DNA of 64,000 nucleotides from Eledone cirrhosa (Eukaryota), in contig OZ024749.1 of the NCBI GenBank assembly GCA_964016885.1, positions 45,384,001-45,448,000 on the forward strand, given 5' to 3'. The number at the start of each line of letters is the position of its first letter. Within the stretch, counting starts at the first letter, position 1. A program made the translations under genes and the position numbers. The notes beneath the pieces were generated by a model. That model was not told the origin of the DNA. It saw nothing but the letters and a program-made list of their open reading frames with translations, and made no database searches. This document shows, in pieces, positions 47,469 to 61,282 of this stretch.

Positions 47469-47520
47469 GTCTCTCTTTCTTCTATCGCTCTCTTTATATA
47501 TATATACATATATATAAATA

Positions 47521-47700
47521 CAACGAAGGAAATGTGGTAAGGAAACAAGATGGACCATAACGCATCAAAGTACTCAATACTTATGGTTGTAGAGTGGGTA
47601 CTAAGAACAAGTATGACCCCGACGCAGAGCTCAAGCCGTTTCGACGGCTAATTCTGTCGAAACGGCTTGAACTCTGCCGTCGGGGTCATACTTGTTCCTA
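47521..47700. mobile_element. Family D element with inverted duplication
   Basis: Near-identical to 54843-55047; arms about 47602-47647 and 47654-47700; (TA)n flanks. Confidence 0.7.
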
Positions 47701-47725
47701 TATATATATATATACACACACACAG

Positions 47726-47791
<66 letters not shown>

Positions 47792-48601
47792 TACACATTT
47801 ATGGGTATGTCTATGTGGTCTGTTTACTTTTTTATAGCTGTGAAAAAATGTGTCAATACATATTCAAAAACATTTACATAGGATTAATACTTTCCTTTCA
47901 CGACGGAAATACGACATCGTAAACTTTAACTTTTCCTTGAAACTCACATAACACCGATATTGTTATTTGTGCGTTTGTTCTCCTCTTATTTTCTATTAGG
48001 TAAGCAACAAAACTGCTTACTTGCAGTTCAATACGAATATAGGGAGGTGAACGTGTTTTTTTTTCTTTTAAATGTTGTGTTCTTTTTTATATTCTAGACA
48101 ACTGTTATGTAAGAAGTAAGGTTTTTAGATAGTTACAAAATTGTTAGCATTGTTTCATGTCAAATTACAAGGCACCTATCCGCTTAAAGCAAATAGAGAC
48201 ATGCAGAGAATATTACAAATAGCAAATGAGGTTTCTAAATATAAGTATTACATTGGGTGTGAAATAATTTCCTTATATTAAGCACCTCTATAAATAAAAA
48301 ATTCTCAATATTTCTGTTGTGTTACAGAGACATGACATTATTGGACATGAATACAAGGAAAGTCCACCATAAGAGATAAAAAAAAAAACAATAATTTATG
48401 TGTTGTAGCAGGGAAGAGCAAATAATCTGTTCTGAGACACGGCACACACTCGAGGAGGTTCAGAAGTGTATGTGTCTATGTATTTGCATGCCTGTGTAAA
48501 ACTAATCTTTGGTTTAGGTCCTGTAGGATCACTCGTTGTATATAAAATATGTACCAGACAGAAAAAAGTAAAAAGAACCAATATTATTGACTAACGTCTA
48601 T

Positions 48602-48783
48602 AGGGCGGTGGATTGGCAGTATCGGTAGAGGGTCGGACGCCATGCTTTCCAGCGTAGTTACGTCCCTTTACGATCTGAGTTCAAATCCCGCCGAGGTTGA
48701 CTTTGCATTTCGTCCTTACGGGGTCGATAGAATAAATTACCACTGGGTAATTGCTGGCCTTGTGCCTAATGTAAAAACAATTA
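48602..48783 (+). mobile_element. tRNA-derived SINE (family 1)
   Basis: Full-length with a small deletion; flanking repeat attattgactaac. Confidence 0.9.
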
Positions 48784-49171
48784 TTGACTAACTTCTCAAT
48801 GAAGATGGTGCTCCAGTTTGAACGTTATTCTTCTTACGTGAGCAAGGAAAACAGTTTTGTTAGTCGTTCCATCAACTGGAATTGCAGGTTAATGTAAACA
48901 TAAGTAAAGAAAATGTATGGAAAGTATGAATATATAATTCAATGCCGTATAATCGGGTTAAAATATGCTGAAACAGTTACGAGTCAAAATCACAAACAAG
49001 ATTATTATCTACCAAAAGTATTTAAGAAGGTCACCATCAACAGAGTAAACAAGAACATCGCTACCAACGAAATCATTAACACTAACATCTCCAACATTAA
49101 TGACGATAGTAACTAATACCACTGCCAACAGAAGAATGATCACCAATGCCATCACCTACACCATCCCCACC

Positions 49172-49245
<74 letters not shown>

Positions 49246-49264
49246 TATATATATATATTTATAT

Positions 49265-49300
<36 letters not shown>

Positions 49301-49332
49301 GTGTGTGTGTGTGTATGTATATATATGTATGT

Positions 49333-49539
49333 AAAAGGTAAACAAAAATAACAACACAATCGGCAGAGTATATGGAAGGAATATATGAGGTTAACGCACG
49401 AAATAGCAGGGAGAGGGTTTTAACGTTTCGGACGCCAGTCCTTCATTAAAAAAAGAAAATGACAAATAAGATAAATTAAAAATGACGGGCGGGGTAGAAT
49501 TGGAAAAAATGTCTTTAGTTAAAAATGACAGGTCCATTC
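49333..49539 (-). mobile_element. Family A HHR-bearing element
   Basis: Same 3' end as the other two copies; 5' homology ends at gaatggac, as in the 26294 copy. Confidence 0.65.
49418..49453 (-). ncRNA. Degenerate hammerhead motif, family A
   Basis: Reverse complement tttt-TTAATGA-a-ggac(tggc)gtcc-GAAA-cg-TT-aaaa; core box mutated, stem II and GAAA intact. Confidence 0.6.
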
Positions 49540-49541
49540 AT

Positions 49542-49612
<71 letters not shown>

Positions 49613-49703
49613 ATACTTGGGGATATACCCAAGTATAACAATATTTGTTGCAACACACGATTTCATATCAAAAAATTATATATATATATATATATATAGC
49701 TAC

Positions 49704-49784
<81 letters not shown>

Positions 49785-49943
49785 TGAGTATGTGTGTGAC
49801 AATGTATTTGTGTGTGTACGTGTATGTGTGCGAAATGATACCGTTCAATAAAGATATACATATTAGTTTTACGCTTGCTGTAGAAGGGAAACTTGTCATA
49901 AGAGTTTGGGCTACTGCTGCTGCTGCTACTATTACTAATATTT

Positions 49944-50008
<65 letters not shown>

Positions 50009-50278
50009 GCTGCAGCTGCTGCTGTTTTTATTGATGACATTAATATATTCAGTAAACAGTATACCACCCCCTCCCCATCACCAACATCATCACCTTATCA
50101 TCGGTAACATAGATTTACTCAACAATGTCACAACAATGGCGCCATTAATATCATTTCATCTGTATCTGATTAGGCAGATTCGCATCTGTGAAAAACACTC
50201 ACATACACATATACACACAGGAATACACATATATTGACACAGTCGCACCAGTACATGCCTGCAAACACACACAGACAT

Positions 50279-50367
<89 letters not shown>

Positions 50368-50428
50368 TACATATACATACATATATATACGTATATGGAT
50401 ATATATATATACATATATATACATATAT

Positions 50429-50563
<135 letters not shown>

Positions 50564-50636
50564 CATATATATGTGTATTTATGTATATATATATATGTAT
50601 ATATATATACGTATATATATATATACACATACATAA

Positions 50637-50685
<49 letters not shown>

Positions 50686-51098
50686 AATACACAGACAAGC
50701 ATGCACACACATTGTCCTTTCATATGTAAATGTGTGTAAGCGTGTGTGTGCACTTCTGTGTGTACACGTGTATAGATATGTGTGTGTGTATGTGTGTCTT
50801 TGTCTGTGTGCATGCCTCGTTGTACGCGTACATATACATATGTGTGTGTTGATAATTACAACAGGGAAGACAAGATACATGTTTGTCTTATGTGGTCCAC
50901 GCTAGTAGGAATGGAATTAACTAAACACTTCTGACGAGTGTCCTTCATAGGACATGTATTGTTTGAATAGCTGAGGAAAATATAAATATAGAGAAAAAAA
51001 GAAATCAGGCCTGTATAAGATACACAGCGTTTCATCTGCAACGCGTGGAATATAGTGTTACCCACTCTCCCTCACTATATCTCTCTCCCTCTTTCTGT

Positions 51099-51202
<104 letters not shown>

Positions 51203-51396
51203 ATACAATTGTTAAGGCCGGTTACCACAACGGAGCCATACCAGGAACGTACGTTTCGTTGACCTGGACATCAACTCTTTCAACGTGTACAGGTGGAAGG
51301 GAACTGACACAGGTTGAAATAGATGACTCTTCAGACCAATGAAACGTTCGTTCCTGGTAAAGTTTTGTTATATTAACTGGGTTTAATTGTTTTATA
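51203..51396. mobile_element. Old diverged inverted pair with HHR-like motifs
   Basis: - arm: TTGAAAGA-gttga..tcaac-GAAA-cgtacg-TT-cctgg; + arm: cagg-TTGAAATA..GAAA-cgttcg-TT-cctgg. Confidence 0.45.
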
Positions 51397-51481
51397 ATTC
51401 ACGCTACGTACTTGATTTCTCAATACCTTTGATATATCTACCACTATATAAATATCTACCACTATATAAATATATATATAT

Positions 51482-52233
51482 AATAATAAAGTATGTGTTC
51501 CTACGTGTAAAAAATACATATAGGGATACAAGTATTATCCAACCGTATGCCGATGTGGTTCTATGGCAGGTTAATAAATTAACGAGCCAGAACGTATAAA
51601 ATCGAGGTTTAGCAAATAGAGAAAAAGTTTTAAAATAAATTTTAAAAAGTTTGCTGTACTTACTATATGTACCTTTACCGCGCGGTTTCAAGTACCAAAA
51701 TAAATGAATAATCCAGGCGGACCTCGATTGAGAAGGGGACTCTCGTCAGAAGGTTCTTCTCGCTCGGAGAATATAAAATTTCCGACTTCAAATCCCAAAC
51801 TGGCGCCATACAAAACTGTTCCAGGATGAAAAGAGTCCCCTTCTCAATGGAAGTCCGCCTGGATTATCCATTTATTTTGGGACTTGAAACCGCGCGGTAA
51901 AGGTACATATAGTAAGTACAGCAAACTTTAAAAAATATATTTTAAAACTTATTCTCTATTTGCTAAACCGTGATTTTATATGTTCTGGCTCGTTAATTTC
52001 TTAACCTGCCATAGAACCACATTGGCATACGGTTGGATAATACTTGTATCCCTCACGGTAAAGGTACATATAGTATGTACAGCGAACTTTTTAAAATTTA
52101 TTTTAAAACTTTTTCTCTATTTGCTATAAACTTGATTTTATATATATATATATATATATATTTAATCAAGGTTTAGCAAATAGAGAAAAAGTTCTAAAAT
52201 AATTAAAAAAAAGTTCGCTGTACTTACTATATG
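51482..52233. mobile_element. Compound PLE-type pLTR cluster (family F), four segments in -,+,+,- orientation
   Basis: Inverted arms about 51522-51742 and 51833-52053; partial direct copy 52056-52141; partial inverted copy 52164-52233. Confidence 0.7.
51671..51754 (-). ncRNA. Type I hammerhead ribozyme motif with large stem II insertion, family F
   Basis: Reverse complement acctt-CTGACGA-gagtccc...(about 40 nt)...ggtactt-GAAA-ccgcgcgg-TA-aaggt; the + copy has gggactt, giving a 7-bp stem II. Confidence 0.75.
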
Positions 52234-52397
52234 GTCCAGGTCAGTCAAAATCTTTCCCTTATATTTGACTTACTAAGCTGTTATAACTCAGGGGTATTAT
52301 TCTCCATCGAGTGCTAAGCTGCATTCCGAATCTGCATTTGTTAGCTTAGCCGCAGCCAAAGGCTTTGTTAATGCTGTACTAAAATGTGTATATATAT

Positions 52398-52784
52398 ATA
52401 TACTATAAAGGATGTCCATAGAATCATTTGATAATATATATACACCATTTCCTCTCCCAATTAGCATAATCAATATATAATAATATATAAAAATGCATAA
52501 TGTATATGCATTTTTTCTTCTAACTTTAATCTTATACCAAATTGTGTATGGTTGACGGTATATTTAATCGATTTCCACGTGCTATTGAAATGTGGGTAAA
52601 TATTCTATAGCGGTTGATCGCGAATAGATTGTTGTCGTTTACTTATCTACTATTTCTTCATAGGTGCCTTTTAATCTTATAGCCTGGTTTAATTGTTTTT
52701 TTGTGTGGTTGATTATGCTAATTGGGAGAGGAAATGGTGTATATATATTATCAAATGATTCTATGGACATACTTTATAGTATAT
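52398..52784. mobile_element. Inverted insertion whose spacer may encode a degenerate PLE GIY-YIG C-terminus
   Basis: 76-bp arms 52398-52473 and 52709-52784; spacer - strand gives ..WKSIKYTVNHTQFGIRLKLEEKMHIH.. Confidence 0.45.
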
Positions 52785-52930
52785 TGCTCTGATTATTTAA
52801 TTTATTAATTCATCATTGAGCCACATCGTGAATGGTTGCTAAAACATATATATCTGTGACATTGTCTAGTTTGTGTATATGTAAATTTTTTTATATATAT
52901 ATATATATATATATAAAGAGAGAGAGAGAA

Positions 52931-53122
52931 CAAAGAATGTGTGATAAGACACCAGGTGGGCCATAACGCACCAGAGTACTCGATACTTAGAGTAGCAGAG
53001 TGGTTAATAGGAACAAAGGCAGTACTCCGACGGGTGAGCTCCGCACGTTTCGACAGCTAGGTCCGATCTAGATGTTGGTGCCGAAACAGCCGGAGCTCAA
53101 CCGTCGGGGTTATAACTCTTTT

Positions 53123-53127
<5 letters not shown>
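52931..53127. mobile_element. Family D element, diverged, with inverted duplication
   Basis: ccataacgcaccagagtactcgatactta core; diverged arms about 53007-53054 and 53079-53127. Confidence 0.6.
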
Positions 53128-53192
<65 letters not shown>

Positions 53193-53310
53193 GGAGGTGA
53201 GTTTTATTGTAGCACAATAAAACAACGCAAATATCGGATAAATAGCACTCTACAGTTTGTAGGACTGGAGTATAAATAATATAAGAGCTCTTTTAACCAT
53301 CTTTTGATCT

Positions 53311-53427
<117 letters not shown>

Positions 53428-53756
53428 GTGTATATTTATGACAAACTGGGTTATGAGCTGCAGACAATTCATCGAACCATATATAGTATTCAACTTTCAG
53501 CTACCGAAAGCTCAATCCTTCTAAATTATGTGCCACGCTACTCTTTGAAGCATTCATATCAACACGTTGATATCATCTTCCATCAATCAATCAATCATTC
53601 CACTGCCCAACATGTTGTCTCTCTAACTTATTTTATTAACAAATTCATAAACATGACTATGCATAAAAGGAGAGACATATATTCGCAATCACACACACAC
53701 ACATACGCACACACATGCATACACACACATACAGACACACACACTCATACATAGTC

Positions 53757-53966
53757 GATCGACTTTCATCAAATCGGACCGAGGAAATAATGTTTCCATT
53801 GGTCTTTCCAATTGCTAATAATATCTATCGCTCGCAACTTCAGGTAGAAGGAGCAACGTGAAATAAATTGTCTTGCTTAAGGACATAACTCCTCGCCTAG
53901 TTTAGCAATCGAATTCACAACCTCAGAATTGCGAATCCAATTCTCTTACCACTCTGCCACGCGCCT
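53757..53966 (-). mobile_element. CORE-like SINE (family 2)
   Basis: Reverse-complement match to 61052-61266. Confidence 0.8.
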
Positions 53967-54596
53967 ATGTATATGTGTGTACAAACACACAGATATATAT
54001 ATTAATAGGGTTTGCGAGGCGAGCAGCGCAATACCCAGCGATGCCAATGCAAGCCATATCCAAATACACAACGATAGAACTTCCAATGCGAACAGTACTT
54101 CTTTTCCATTCTTCGAGTTAGCAAAACCAGAGACAAAACAAAAGATAAATATTCTAGCGTCAGGTGGAAATGGAACTCCGAACAATCAATGCCAATTAAC
54201 ATTAGCTGTTATACAATTATATAACCAGCCTCTGTACCACTCAACCACGGAGACTACTCGAGAGTTTAATCACTTTTTTAAAGTTATAACATTTGAAATC
54301 TTTATGGTCTTACCTACTTTACACATACATATTGATTTGCTGAAGTTTTCTACATCGTTGAATACCGTGTTTGGTTATTCTATCAAGTATTAAAGACGAA
54401 AATTTACTTCTATTTATTTAATTATTTTCACTTTTATCTGTACAAATAACTAATTCTCACAGGTACCTTACCCTCTCAGCATTACATTGCATAACTTGAT
54501 CTGCCAGTTTAAATTTTGCTTAGGTCACCCTATCATCCTTTCGGGGTTGACAAAATATACTACAAGAATTTTTAAACTCATATTCTAAACAACTAA

Positions 54597-54688
<92 letters not shown>

Positions 54689-54752
54689 ATAATAATAAAT
54701 TTGAATAATAATAAATCTGTTATTTTAATAAATATATATATATATATATATA

Positions 54753-54842
54753 ACTGTTTCTACATTTTGCACAAGGCCAGCAATTAACCAGTGTATTACT
54801 GGTACTTTATTTTATCGACCCCATAAGGATGAAAGGCAAAGT
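54753..54842 (-). mobile_element. SINE family 1 3' half, abutting a family D element
   Basis: Match ends at gaaaggcaaagt, then family D begins. Confidence 0.8.
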
Positions 54843-55047
54843 AACGAAGGAATTGTGGTAAGGAACCAGATGGACCATAACGCACCAAAGTACTCAATAC
54901 TTAGGGTAGTAGAGTGGGTAATAGGAACAAGTATGACCCCGATGGCAGAGCTCAAGCCGTTTCGACGGCTATTTCTGGACTAAATTAGTCCATAAATAGC
55001 AGTCGAAACGGCTTGAGCTCTGCCGTCGGGGTCATACTTTATCCTAT
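54843..55047. mobile_element. Family D element (3' half of an HHR plus tail) with inverted duplication
   Basis: Palindrome 54921-55047 centred at 54984; GAAA-cggc(ttgagctct)gccg-TC-gggg; long arm continues to aacgaaggaattgtgg. Confidence 0.7.
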
Positions 55048-55050
55048 ATA

Positions 55051-55093
<43 letters not shown>

Positions 55094-55238
55094 AACATTC
55101 TATCATACTCTGCTCTTACAGAGCATTGAGTGCTCAACCGGCATACCGCCTATGGAAGCATCTTAGCTACCATCAGACACACACACTCACACACACACAC
55201 ACATACACACACACACACACACACACGCACACACACGC

Positions 55239-55270
<32 letters not shown>

Positions 55271-56226
55271 GTATATATAGCCATACACTGTATGTTAATA
55301 CTGTAAATAAAACACTTTTTATACTGTTGACCATGTTATTATTCACTCTTTCACTTCTATTACTCCAAGAATGACATGCATACGAATTCCCGTTAAATCG
55401 CTACCTAACTAAGGAAACCACTTGTTGAGTCAAACAACGCCTTACGTTAAAACTATCCACAATACAGAGTAATTACAACCCCTAACTGGATTACCTATAA
55501 CAATAATTTGTTATCCTATATATATATATATATTCGATCTCGTGTATAAGTCGACCCTAGTATGCTTAATTATTGTATACGTTATTTACTTTATATTTTA
55601 GATTTTTTCTGATATTTTCTTTGAAGTACTACCGTTGTACCCCCATGATCTCAGAAGCCATCAGGTAAGCTGACAACCTAGCCAGTCCACCACTGCATAC
55701 ATATATACATATATACATATATACAAACATACCCTTATATTCATGTATATATATATATATATGTGCGTGTGCGCATGTGTGTACTCGTGTGTGTACTTGT
55801 ACGTGTGTGCATGTATGTGTGTGTGTATGTGTACATGTGAGTGTCGGCTTGTATGTGTTTATGTATGACTTATTATGAGTGATCTCATGAGTTGTGACAG
55901 AGTGAACATATTCACGCCTCGCCTATAGTTAAGCGTGAAATATTGATACTATATTTAGCTATGTTTTTTGGACAGACATCATGTCGTTTCGCTTGTTAAT
56001 CACAGCGATTTGATAGCTGAGCACAGCTACTGCATCACGCACCCAAAGGCTGCTATAACAACTGAAAATCTAAGGAGTCAACGAGTGTGTCTGAAAAACG
56101 AAGTAGCTCTTGAGTGGGTATTTCACACCCATATGCTAGACATAACAGCTAATTCCTCCTTCGTAAACTAAATTATTTTTCTGTTTGTTCCGTTTGTATC
56201 ACCTCATCCAATCTCCAAATACATAA

Positions 56227-56350
56227 TAATTGTTTCTACCTTTGGCACAAAGCCAGAAATTATCCAGTGTATTACTGGTATTTTATTTTATCGACTTTAA
56301 GGATGAAAGGCAGAGTTAACTTCGGAACTCAGACCGTAACTCTTTGCTGC
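56227..56350 (-). mobile_element. SINE family 1, diverged with deletions
   Basis: 3' end and central domain match. Confidence 0.7.
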
Positions 56351-57021
56351 ACAGCATTATGTTTATGTATTCTATACTTACATGAGACTCGCTATGAATA
56401 TTTGAAACTGTGATTATACTGCAGCTATCTCATTAGCCACATGAGAATATCAGACACGGGATTCTGGATTTATCCCTCATATGTGACCTATAATTAATCA
56501 GTAACGAATCTTTTAAAGGCATATATATTATGTTTCTTTATAATAACCATACATATATCTTGCTATAAATATACATAAAAATATTGTTTACGACTTCAGA
56601 TAAATTCAATTATGGACCACGTTATATCAGTGCCATTGCTAATTAATCTTAGACGGTCAATTTCACACTATATGCACTATAGAATCTTCAATCAATGTTT
56701 AATACTCTAAAAAAACATATCAGCTTTAAGCTTATTCTTGTCTCAGAATTGAATGATTAAATGTCACAGATGATGGACAAATCCGGAAAGAAATGTCTGA
56801 GATTCTCATACGGCTTCATAGAACATATGAACTCAGTTTATGTAATATTTATTATGAAAATAAAATATTCAAAAGAAACATATCAGTAGAAATCAATCAA
56901 AGAATAAACAAATTTCAGTGCAAAAGACTATAAATGAGAGGAAAACGTTCGAAATAGAAAAGAATTACTAAGCAACGAAAGAAAGGTGGAAGGGGAGTTG
57001 GTAACATACTCTACACCTAAG

Positions 57022-57192
57022 TCAGAATTGTGCTTCGATTGCACCCCGCGGACAAAATAGCAAAGTAGTGCTGCGCACAATGGCCAATGACACCTCGCGT
57101 TTCTCCACCCTCAGACGGGCCGCTGTCATTCCGATTTTATGAAAGAGGTCATCTAAAGGTGGTCCGAGGACACCTGAGGTATCGACTGGCGT
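57022..57192 (-). mobile_element. Degenerate 3' fragment of an RLE-type (CRE-like) non-LTR retrotransposon
   Basis: [32 protein letters not shown] resembles the remembered CRE C-terminal pattern VETxGxxG..IG..R.S.A..RGN. Confidence 0.45.
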
Positions 57193-57277
<85 letters not shown>

Positions 57278-60138
57278 GTATATGTATATATATATGTATG
57301 TATGCATGTATATATATATATATATATACGTGTGTGTGTGTTTCGTGGGGGAGGGGGGCGTACACACTGCAATAGAGAGTGGTGAAGTAGGGAGGATCTT
57401 AATGTAGAGGTGGAGGAAAGTGAGAACTAGGACAAGAGAGATAGATTTAATAGATAAATAAATGAATAAATATATAAATATAATTTAAGTTAGAGGCGTC
57501 TCTCCACCTCTACTAACATTAACATGGTTAGCAGACATTGTAGATTTGTTTTAGTTCTTTTCGACAGTTCTCTTTCTTTTTCTTGAATTTGCTCTGTGTA
57601 CGTGTTAAGTAAGTACAAGCGCTACACCGTATCGTTATTAATGTAGACCTTTAAGAGTGCATAGCTTTTCACATACCCTTTGATACGATCAGCGCCATTA
57701 TTGTAGCAACACACTGTTGATCCCGAGATACCTGGTCCAGATATTTTGGCAACTAAACTGTGTCCACATCCGTATCACTTATACATCTTCATTTGTTTCC
57801 AATTGTATTTTATTATAATTATTATTTTTTTTTTTACATTTCTTAATCGATTGCCGTAACAAGTTTACAACAGCCTTCAGCTCTCGCACAATTAATTTCC
57901 TTTTTTTCCTCCTCACTAGACATAATTATAAAAGGACAATAAATGTAGATAGAAAAAAGAAATTAAAATATATAGATAAGAAAATCAATCAGACGAAAAA
58001 ACGTAAAAAGCAAAATAAAGAACATAAAACGAAAATATTGTAAGTGAGGAAGATGAGGCTGAGGGAAATATGAAAAAGAAAGAAAGAAGAAAAAGAAGAA
58101 AGATAGAATACTAGTGTATCTACGTACACCGGGAGGGCTCGTATGAGATCCAGGTATTGTCTGGCTATATGATACGAGGTGATCAATAGACAAAGCCCAC
58201 TGTAGTTGCTAGAGTGAAAACCAATCTTATTGACAGTTATTTCCCGATCAATTATGAATATTTTATTATCTGCTGACCTATTTATTTTGTGTCAAATGTA
58301 CGCAACGGAGCAACGAAAAATAACGTTTTTTCTCGAAAGAAAGGCAAACAATGATTAAGGAAAGAAAACAGGTGAGAAATGCTTGACCTAACAGCCAGTG
58401 TTCGGAAGTTCATCTTAAAAAGCCCTGGTATATCTGCTTATTTTCATAGCAATTTTACAATATGAAGCAGATAAGTGATTAAGAAGTATTTGAGGGAGGC
58501 AGGCCATATATCGTAGTTATTATTCGAGAAAGAAATCAAATAAAATAGATAGCAAGGAAAAATCATTATGAAAAAAAGAACACAAAAAACAATGGGAATA
58601 TTAAATCATCAAGTAATTTAAAATACCAAATACTTCAACTATCTTACATATGTTCGCAACATCCACACCCAATATTTTTATTAAAATGAGGAGTAAGTAC
58701 AGTTACATAGAGATGTTCTATATGTTCGTGGAAGAAACACGCTAGCAAATAGCTTCATTGAAATATTTAAGTAAACATATATGTTTAAGTATCAGGGCTA
58801 GATTTAGGGTTGCGGTTAGGGTTAAAGGTATTTTCTTGTGTTCAGATATTGGTCGATCAAGTTCTTATATCCAGTTCGTATATATTTCATAGATCTGTAT
58901 TTATTCAACTAATAGCATCCAGGACAAACATCCCAAGTGATTTTTATGTGATGCCAACGCGTAAACATAAATGCATACACGCACAGAAACAGAAAAAATA
59001 CATATATATATATATGTGTGTGTGTTTATTCATTCTAAAAAGTCAATTTTATCCTGTAGGGTTTTATGGATAAGCCATCATATTTCCCCTTTAAGATATT
59101 GGATCTTTTCTTAAGGCACATACTTCCCTGAAATTTGAAAGTTGACCCGATATTTCCGATGAAGTATGGTATGGCGTTTTCTGCGATATTTAATTTCATT
59201 ACACTATGGCGGTTTCTACGAGATTTGTGTTTCTAGATGTATTGTTACTGAGGCATTAATTAGATTCGGTTTCTGAATATAAATGTATATAAATTCATCC
59301 TATACTTGCCTATAAAATATTATGTAAAACAATTTATTCATCTGAATACCATCTCATTTGTTGCGGTAGTTATTTTAACTAGTTAGTTTGTTCAATAAGC
59401 ATTTTCGATATAATAGGCATATCATTAGCTTTCTCTTCTTACATTGAGGCTGATACGATGGTGTTTGAAGCCTTATGCATGGATTATGCTGAGAGATATT
59501 TGACAATCTGTATTATCTTTGCAGTTATAGCTGGTCTTCATTTTTTTTACTGTTGAACCTATTGTGGTAATTGATATTTATCCACAACACCACAACTGGA
59601 AATTCCTTGCTATATTTAAAGTTATATATTTAATGAATATAAGCGGTGAATAAACCGATGTGGTATAAAATGATTTAAGGCATTTGTTCATGATTTATGC
59701 AATAAGTTCAAATCAAACTGTAGTCAATTTTAATTTTCACCCACTCAAGGTCGTTACTGTTTTCATTTTATTGGTTCTGATCTGTGTGTTTCAACGGCAA
59801 CCGTAGCGTATTTTCTTTGTTAGACATAGATTATCATCGACTACTATATCGACGCCTCTTTTTTCTTTTTTTTTTTTTAGTGTTGCCTTCAATCTGTTGT
59901 TCAGGAATTGCAGAAAATGAGATGAAGCAAGGGGATAAACCTGGATCTAACTAACACAGTCAAGAATATCGCAAGTGACGTTGGAAGACAGCTAAACGAT
60001 CGGAGACGAGTTTACCATAATAAATAAGTTAATAGATAAAAGAAATTAAATGAAAATAACACCTGTAACAAAATAGCAAGCCAAAAATAAATTAATTCCT
60101 TTCAAGCAACTTTGGAAACAAGCATTGATAAAATCATG

Positions 60139-60209
<71 letters not shown>

Positions 60210-60236
60210 TCTATATCTATCTATCTCCCCCTTTCA

Positions 60237-60295
<59 letters not shown>

Positions 60296-60315
60296 GTGTG
60301 TGTGTGCGCGTGTGT

Positions 60316-60390
<75 letters not shown>

Positions 60391-60919
60391 TACATATATA
60401 TATATATATGTATGTGTGTTTGTGTGTGTGAGTCTTTAGACTAAAAGCAGTTAGCTTACCTCGATCATTCCTAACATTCTTATAATGAACCTTACATACC
60501 AGGTCACACACATAAATTTACATAGCTATACGGCGTAGACTTCAAATAAATGTCAATCTGACTAGAAGTATACGCCAGCAGATATAGGTGTAAGTTTGTT
60601 GATTTTAGTTCAGCTCTAACTCTATCAAATTTCTCTCCTTCCAATATCTCATTTCCTCTCTTTCTATCTGCGTATTTTTCTATTTTTCTTTTACCATATA
60701 TTTAATTTAATGCAAATACCAACTTTAATACACCCGCACTGCAGTCGTCCTTTTGCTACCATAACAAAACTTACTATGCCTACAATATGTTCTCCTCTCT
60801 TATATTATCCAATTTATATTATTCTATTCCTGTTCCTAACTCCTCTTCCTATTTAACACACACACACACACACACACATACACACACGCGCACACGCACA
60901 CGCACACCCACGCAAACGC

Positions 60920-60979
<60 letters not shown>

Positions 60980-61051
60980 CGTCTGATTGATTTTGTTATC
61001 TAGTAATTTTAATTTCTTTTTTCTATCTACATTTATTATCCTTTTATAATT

Positions 61052-61266
61052 GAAGGCGTGTGGCTGAGTGGTTAGAGAGTTGGATTCGCAATCGTAAGGT
61101 TGTGAGTTCGATTTCTGGACCAGGCGATGCGTTATGTCCTTGAGCAAGACACTTTATTTCACGTTGCTACTTCTACCTGTAGTTGCGACCGATAGATAGT
61201 ATTAGCAATTGGAAAGACCAACGGAAACATTGTTCCCTCGGTCCGATTTGACGAAAGTCGATCGTT
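61052..61266 (+). mobile_element. tRNA-derived CORE-like SINE (family 2)
   Basis: A-box tggctgagtgg, B-box gagttcgatt, CORE-like gtccttgagcaagacactttatttcac; 3 copies in the window. Confidence 0.85.
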
Positions 61267-61282
61267 CTTTTTTTATATATAT

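Noticed and set aside
50926-50970. CTGACGA followed by a gtgtcct/aggacat hairpin
   Set aside because: GAAA is replaced by GTAT, and no stem I or stem III is present
53929-54393. 154-aa ORF and hydrophobic antisense ORF
   Set aside because: Starts inside a SINE; no family recognised and no convincing splice sites
58795-58828. Telomere-like ttaggg motifs
   Set aside because: Only two or three degenerate units
61052-61125. tRNA gene
   Set aside because: It is the tRNA-derived head of a repeated SINE and continues into a CORE-like body
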